DNA of 10,579 bases, from assembly GCA_018985225.1 (NCBI GenBank), contig JADGIF010000340.1, positions 1 to 10,579 of the forward strand, read 5' to 3'. This DNA comes from Amoeboradix gromovi X-113 (Eukaryota; Fungi; Sanchytriomycota). Position 1 is the stretch's first letter. Each line of letters begins with the position of its first letter. The position numbers and the translations under genes are program-made. The notes under the pieces were generated by a model. That model was not told where the DNA came from and did no database searches. It worked only from the letters and a program-made list of their open reading frames with translations. Shown one piece after another: positions 8,055 to 10,579 of this stretch.

Positions 8055-9107
8055 ATGGGTCATTATGAGACTCTTCAAATTAGTCAAAGCGCTACTCAAG
8101 AAGAAATCAAAAAGCAATTCAGAATGCTTAGTTTACAGAATCATCCGGATAAAGGAGGAGATCCTCAGAAATATCAAGAGATGGTGAGCGCATATCAAGT
8201 GCTAGGCGACCCTGAGAAAAGACAAATCTATGACACTTATGGTGATATAGGAATACCACTACAGTATATACGTGGTATAAAATATGTTTTATTCGGTGTT
8301 ATTTTAATTTTAATTTTGTTGATTATTCAGTTATTGTTATGGGATCAGGGCAGCTGGTTTTTGATATTTATTCCCACCTTCATTATATACTCTATAATTT
8401 TAATAATTATTCTGGACAGCATTTTCCATCCTCCAACTCCAGGTGAGCTTGATGAGATGGAGGAAATATCTCCCAAAGATGTCCGACTAATGAGCGGTCT
8501 TTTGCTTTCGATATTCTCTGTTTTTGTTACTACTCATATACTTTTGCTTTTGAAATTAGAGATATTCCATTCCTGGAGATTAGAACTTATAATGATCCCC
8601 TTTTGGCTGCTTGAGAGTTTTATATTTTTGCGAAATATGGTGTCATTTTTTGTTCCTCCTAGTCTACCAGAGAATGCTAAAATTGAGTTTTTATTCAAGC
8701 TTGTTAACATTATTGTTAATCTTTGCACTATTTCGTTTGCAGTCTTATTGTGTATTCGACAATACTTCATTTTTCAGTGGGCGCTGGTATTTTTACCGTT
8801 GTTTGTAATGCCATTTGTTAGGTGCGTTGTCCCGATATACTGGTGCAGGCTAGACAGAGCAAATATTGGATCTCAGGTTCCTGTATTTATATGGAATGGA
8901 TTCTTAGAATTGCAAGTTGTATTATTTTGCTTGAGCACCAATGGAATAATACAAACAAGAGAGGCATTTATACCAATACTGATAATGTTGTTTCTTCTAC
9001 TGTTGTTAGTAACGATCACCGGAATCGGTTTCATTCTCTCGTTAAAGAAGGAAAAAGAAATTGTGCAGCCTATAACAGATCCTGGTAGAATGATAACAAG
9101 TAAATAA
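8055..9107 (+). CDS. DnaJ (J-domain) multi-pass membrane protein with TMEM185/transmembrane Fragile-X-F-like region
   Basis: Complete J domain starting right at ATG 8055: HYETLQI...EIKKQFR.LSLQNHPDKGGD..KYQEM..AYQVLGDPEKRQIYDTYG, including the HPD motif. About 7-8 hydrophobic helices follow, with repeated W..(V/I)F.P motifs (WFLIFIP, IMIPFW, WALVFLP, AFIP). The open frame extends upstream to 7884, but that extension runs through two repeat copies. Confidence 0.88.
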   Translation: MGHYETLQISQSATQEEIKKQFRMLSLQNHPDKGGDPQKYQEMVSAYQVLGDPEKRQIYDTYGDIGIPLQYIRGIKYVLFGVILILILLIIQLLLWDQGSWFLIFIPTFIIYSIILIIILDSIFHPPTPGELDEMEEISPKDVRLMSGLLLSIFSVFVTTHILLLLKLEIFHSWRLELIMIPFWLLESFIFLRNMVSFFVPPSLPENAKIEFLFKLVNIIVNLCTISFAVLLCIRQYFIFQWALVFLPLFVMPFVRCVVPIYWCRLDRANIGSQVPVFIWNGFLELQVVLFCLSTNGIIQTREAFIPILIMLFLLLLLVTITGIGFILSLKKEKEIVQPITDPGRMITSK

Positions 9108-9356
9108 TGGTATTCAGTTAAACAAGAAATTTCTTTAGAAAATACGCCACATAAACTTTCTGAAGAGTGCCCAAATTATGACCTTGTGACACTCATTGTA
9201 AGCATTTGGTAGAGATTATAAACATTACAATTTCTATCATAACTGAAGAACTATCAACATCATAACTACTTTTATGATACGGAAAATGAAACACAAATCA
9301 CAAAAATTGCTTTATTGTTACTTAGTAATATTTATCCAAGCATTGGTATATTAAGC

Positions 9357-9698
9357 TCAGATCTTCTCATTAGAAAGAGGACGGTTCAGCATCGCATTCT
9401 TTCTCTTCATAGCTAGGTATTTCATATATTTCCAGTATTTAAAGTACCTCAAGCGCTGCAAATATCTTCTTCTTTTTGAATACCAAGCCTCGTATTGAGA
9501 TCTGGTGATCCTTTTGTTCTGTTTTACTCTAGTTCTTGGCATTCGCGACTTCCTTGAAGGTGGATAGTTGAAATATTGCACAAATGCCTGATCTCCTCTC
9601 ATAGTAAGTGGCAAGTTGTTCCATGAATTTTGTCGAGTATTCTGAATTAAAACGGACTGCGAGTACGCAAATGCAATATTGAAGATCAGCCAGATCAT
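9357..9698 (-). CDS. Hypothetical small, highly basic protein with a putative short signal peptide (113 aa)
   Basis: ATG start, a short hydrophobic N-terminus ending in A-x-A (MIWLIFNIAFA), and an Arg/Lys/Tyr-rich C-terminal half. No family recognised. Confidence 0.6.
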   Translation of the reverse strand: MIWLIFNIAFAYSQSVLIQNTRQNSWNNLPLTMRGDQAFVQYFNYPPSRKSRMPRTRVKQNKRITRSQYEAWYSKRRRYLQRLRYFKYWKYMKYLAMKRKNAMLNRPLSNEKI

Positions 9699-10579
9699 AA
9701 ATAATTTCGAGAACAGTAAAACTTTAAATCATCGAACTCAGAAATGTCAGACTTAAACGTCCAATCAGGTCTTGGTAACACAACAGGCGTGAATGAATCG
9801 TCTATTCTGGATATCCTGTATACAGACCTGCTGCCACTAACGAGGACCGCATATTTTATTAGTGATAGTGAGAAAATCTTGTTTATGATTTGTTATTGGT
9901 CAGACTTGCGAGTGTTGCATTATTAATTCTCTCTTTTTCCAAGACTGCCTGCAATTTCCTCAGATTATGATCTCTGCTCTAGGCGGCAGCTCGTGACCGA
10001 TTTCTCTTTTTTGCAAGCCAAATCTTTTACCATTGCTCAGTAGACTTTCTACAGCTTTAAAAATTGGAGGTTGGCAAGGTTTAAATTTTATAATATTGCA
10101 ACAATGTATTACTGACCGCTCAACAGTTGTCAATGTGTAACAGCTAGGGTTATAATAATCAGGATTCTAATTAGCAATCTCTTGATACCACGGCGTATCT
10201 CAATCGAAATACTTTTTCATAAAATTCTGAACCTACAAGAATTTGCTCTGATCTAGTAGTTTCAAGTCTTCAGCATAACCAACAGATTGACCTGATAGTG
10301 ACAGATAGGGTTCTATTGTTTTTAAGCTTACTTTAATCAACTGCAAAAGAGATAAAATGAATCCCCATTATAATCAATTGGTAAAAACTAATCTATTTGA
10401 TATGAAAACGAAATTTAAACAAGTAAGTGAAGAGAAAGGAATGTGATTTTATGCCACAAGACTTGAGTATTCAAAAACAAAGTTTGAATAGGATGCTCTC
10501 TTCCATTATCTAGTATCTTCTCTGACTTCCAATGAGCCTGTGCATGAGCGACTGTTTGATAGTATTGCGGCAATCAATT

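Noticed and set aside
7912-9088. ORFs 7912..8187, 8534..8770, 8611..8808 and 8822..9088
   Set aside because: They are alternative-frame or antisense overlaps of the J-protein gene, with non-ATG starts.

Overview
AT-rich eukaryotic DNA, most like an intron-poor early-diverging fungus or relative (inferred from the large fungal-type GDH2; taxon not determinable here). Three recognisable genes are present as uninterrupted ORFs: a 1-Cys (Prx6-class) peroxiredoxin (252..917 +), a large NAD-specific glutamate dehydrogenase (2217..5309 -) and a J-domain multi-pass membrane protein with TMEM185/Fragile-X-F-like helices (probable start 8055, end 9107 +). There are also two small orphan ORFs: a single-pass membrane protein and a secreted-looking, highly basic protein. 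The main unexplained signal is a dispersed ~35-bp non-coding motif, consensus about AAAGTTA(G/C)TC(C/T)AGTTTTTAT(A/G)TTTG(G/A)TGTCCCAT. I found seven clear copies in both orientations plus degenerate ones, all outside the conserved coding regions. They often form inverted pairs or 72-75 bp tandem pairs, and one sense-oriented copy lies upstream of each of the three conserved genes. No tRNA, rRNA, CRISPR array or intact transposase was found.
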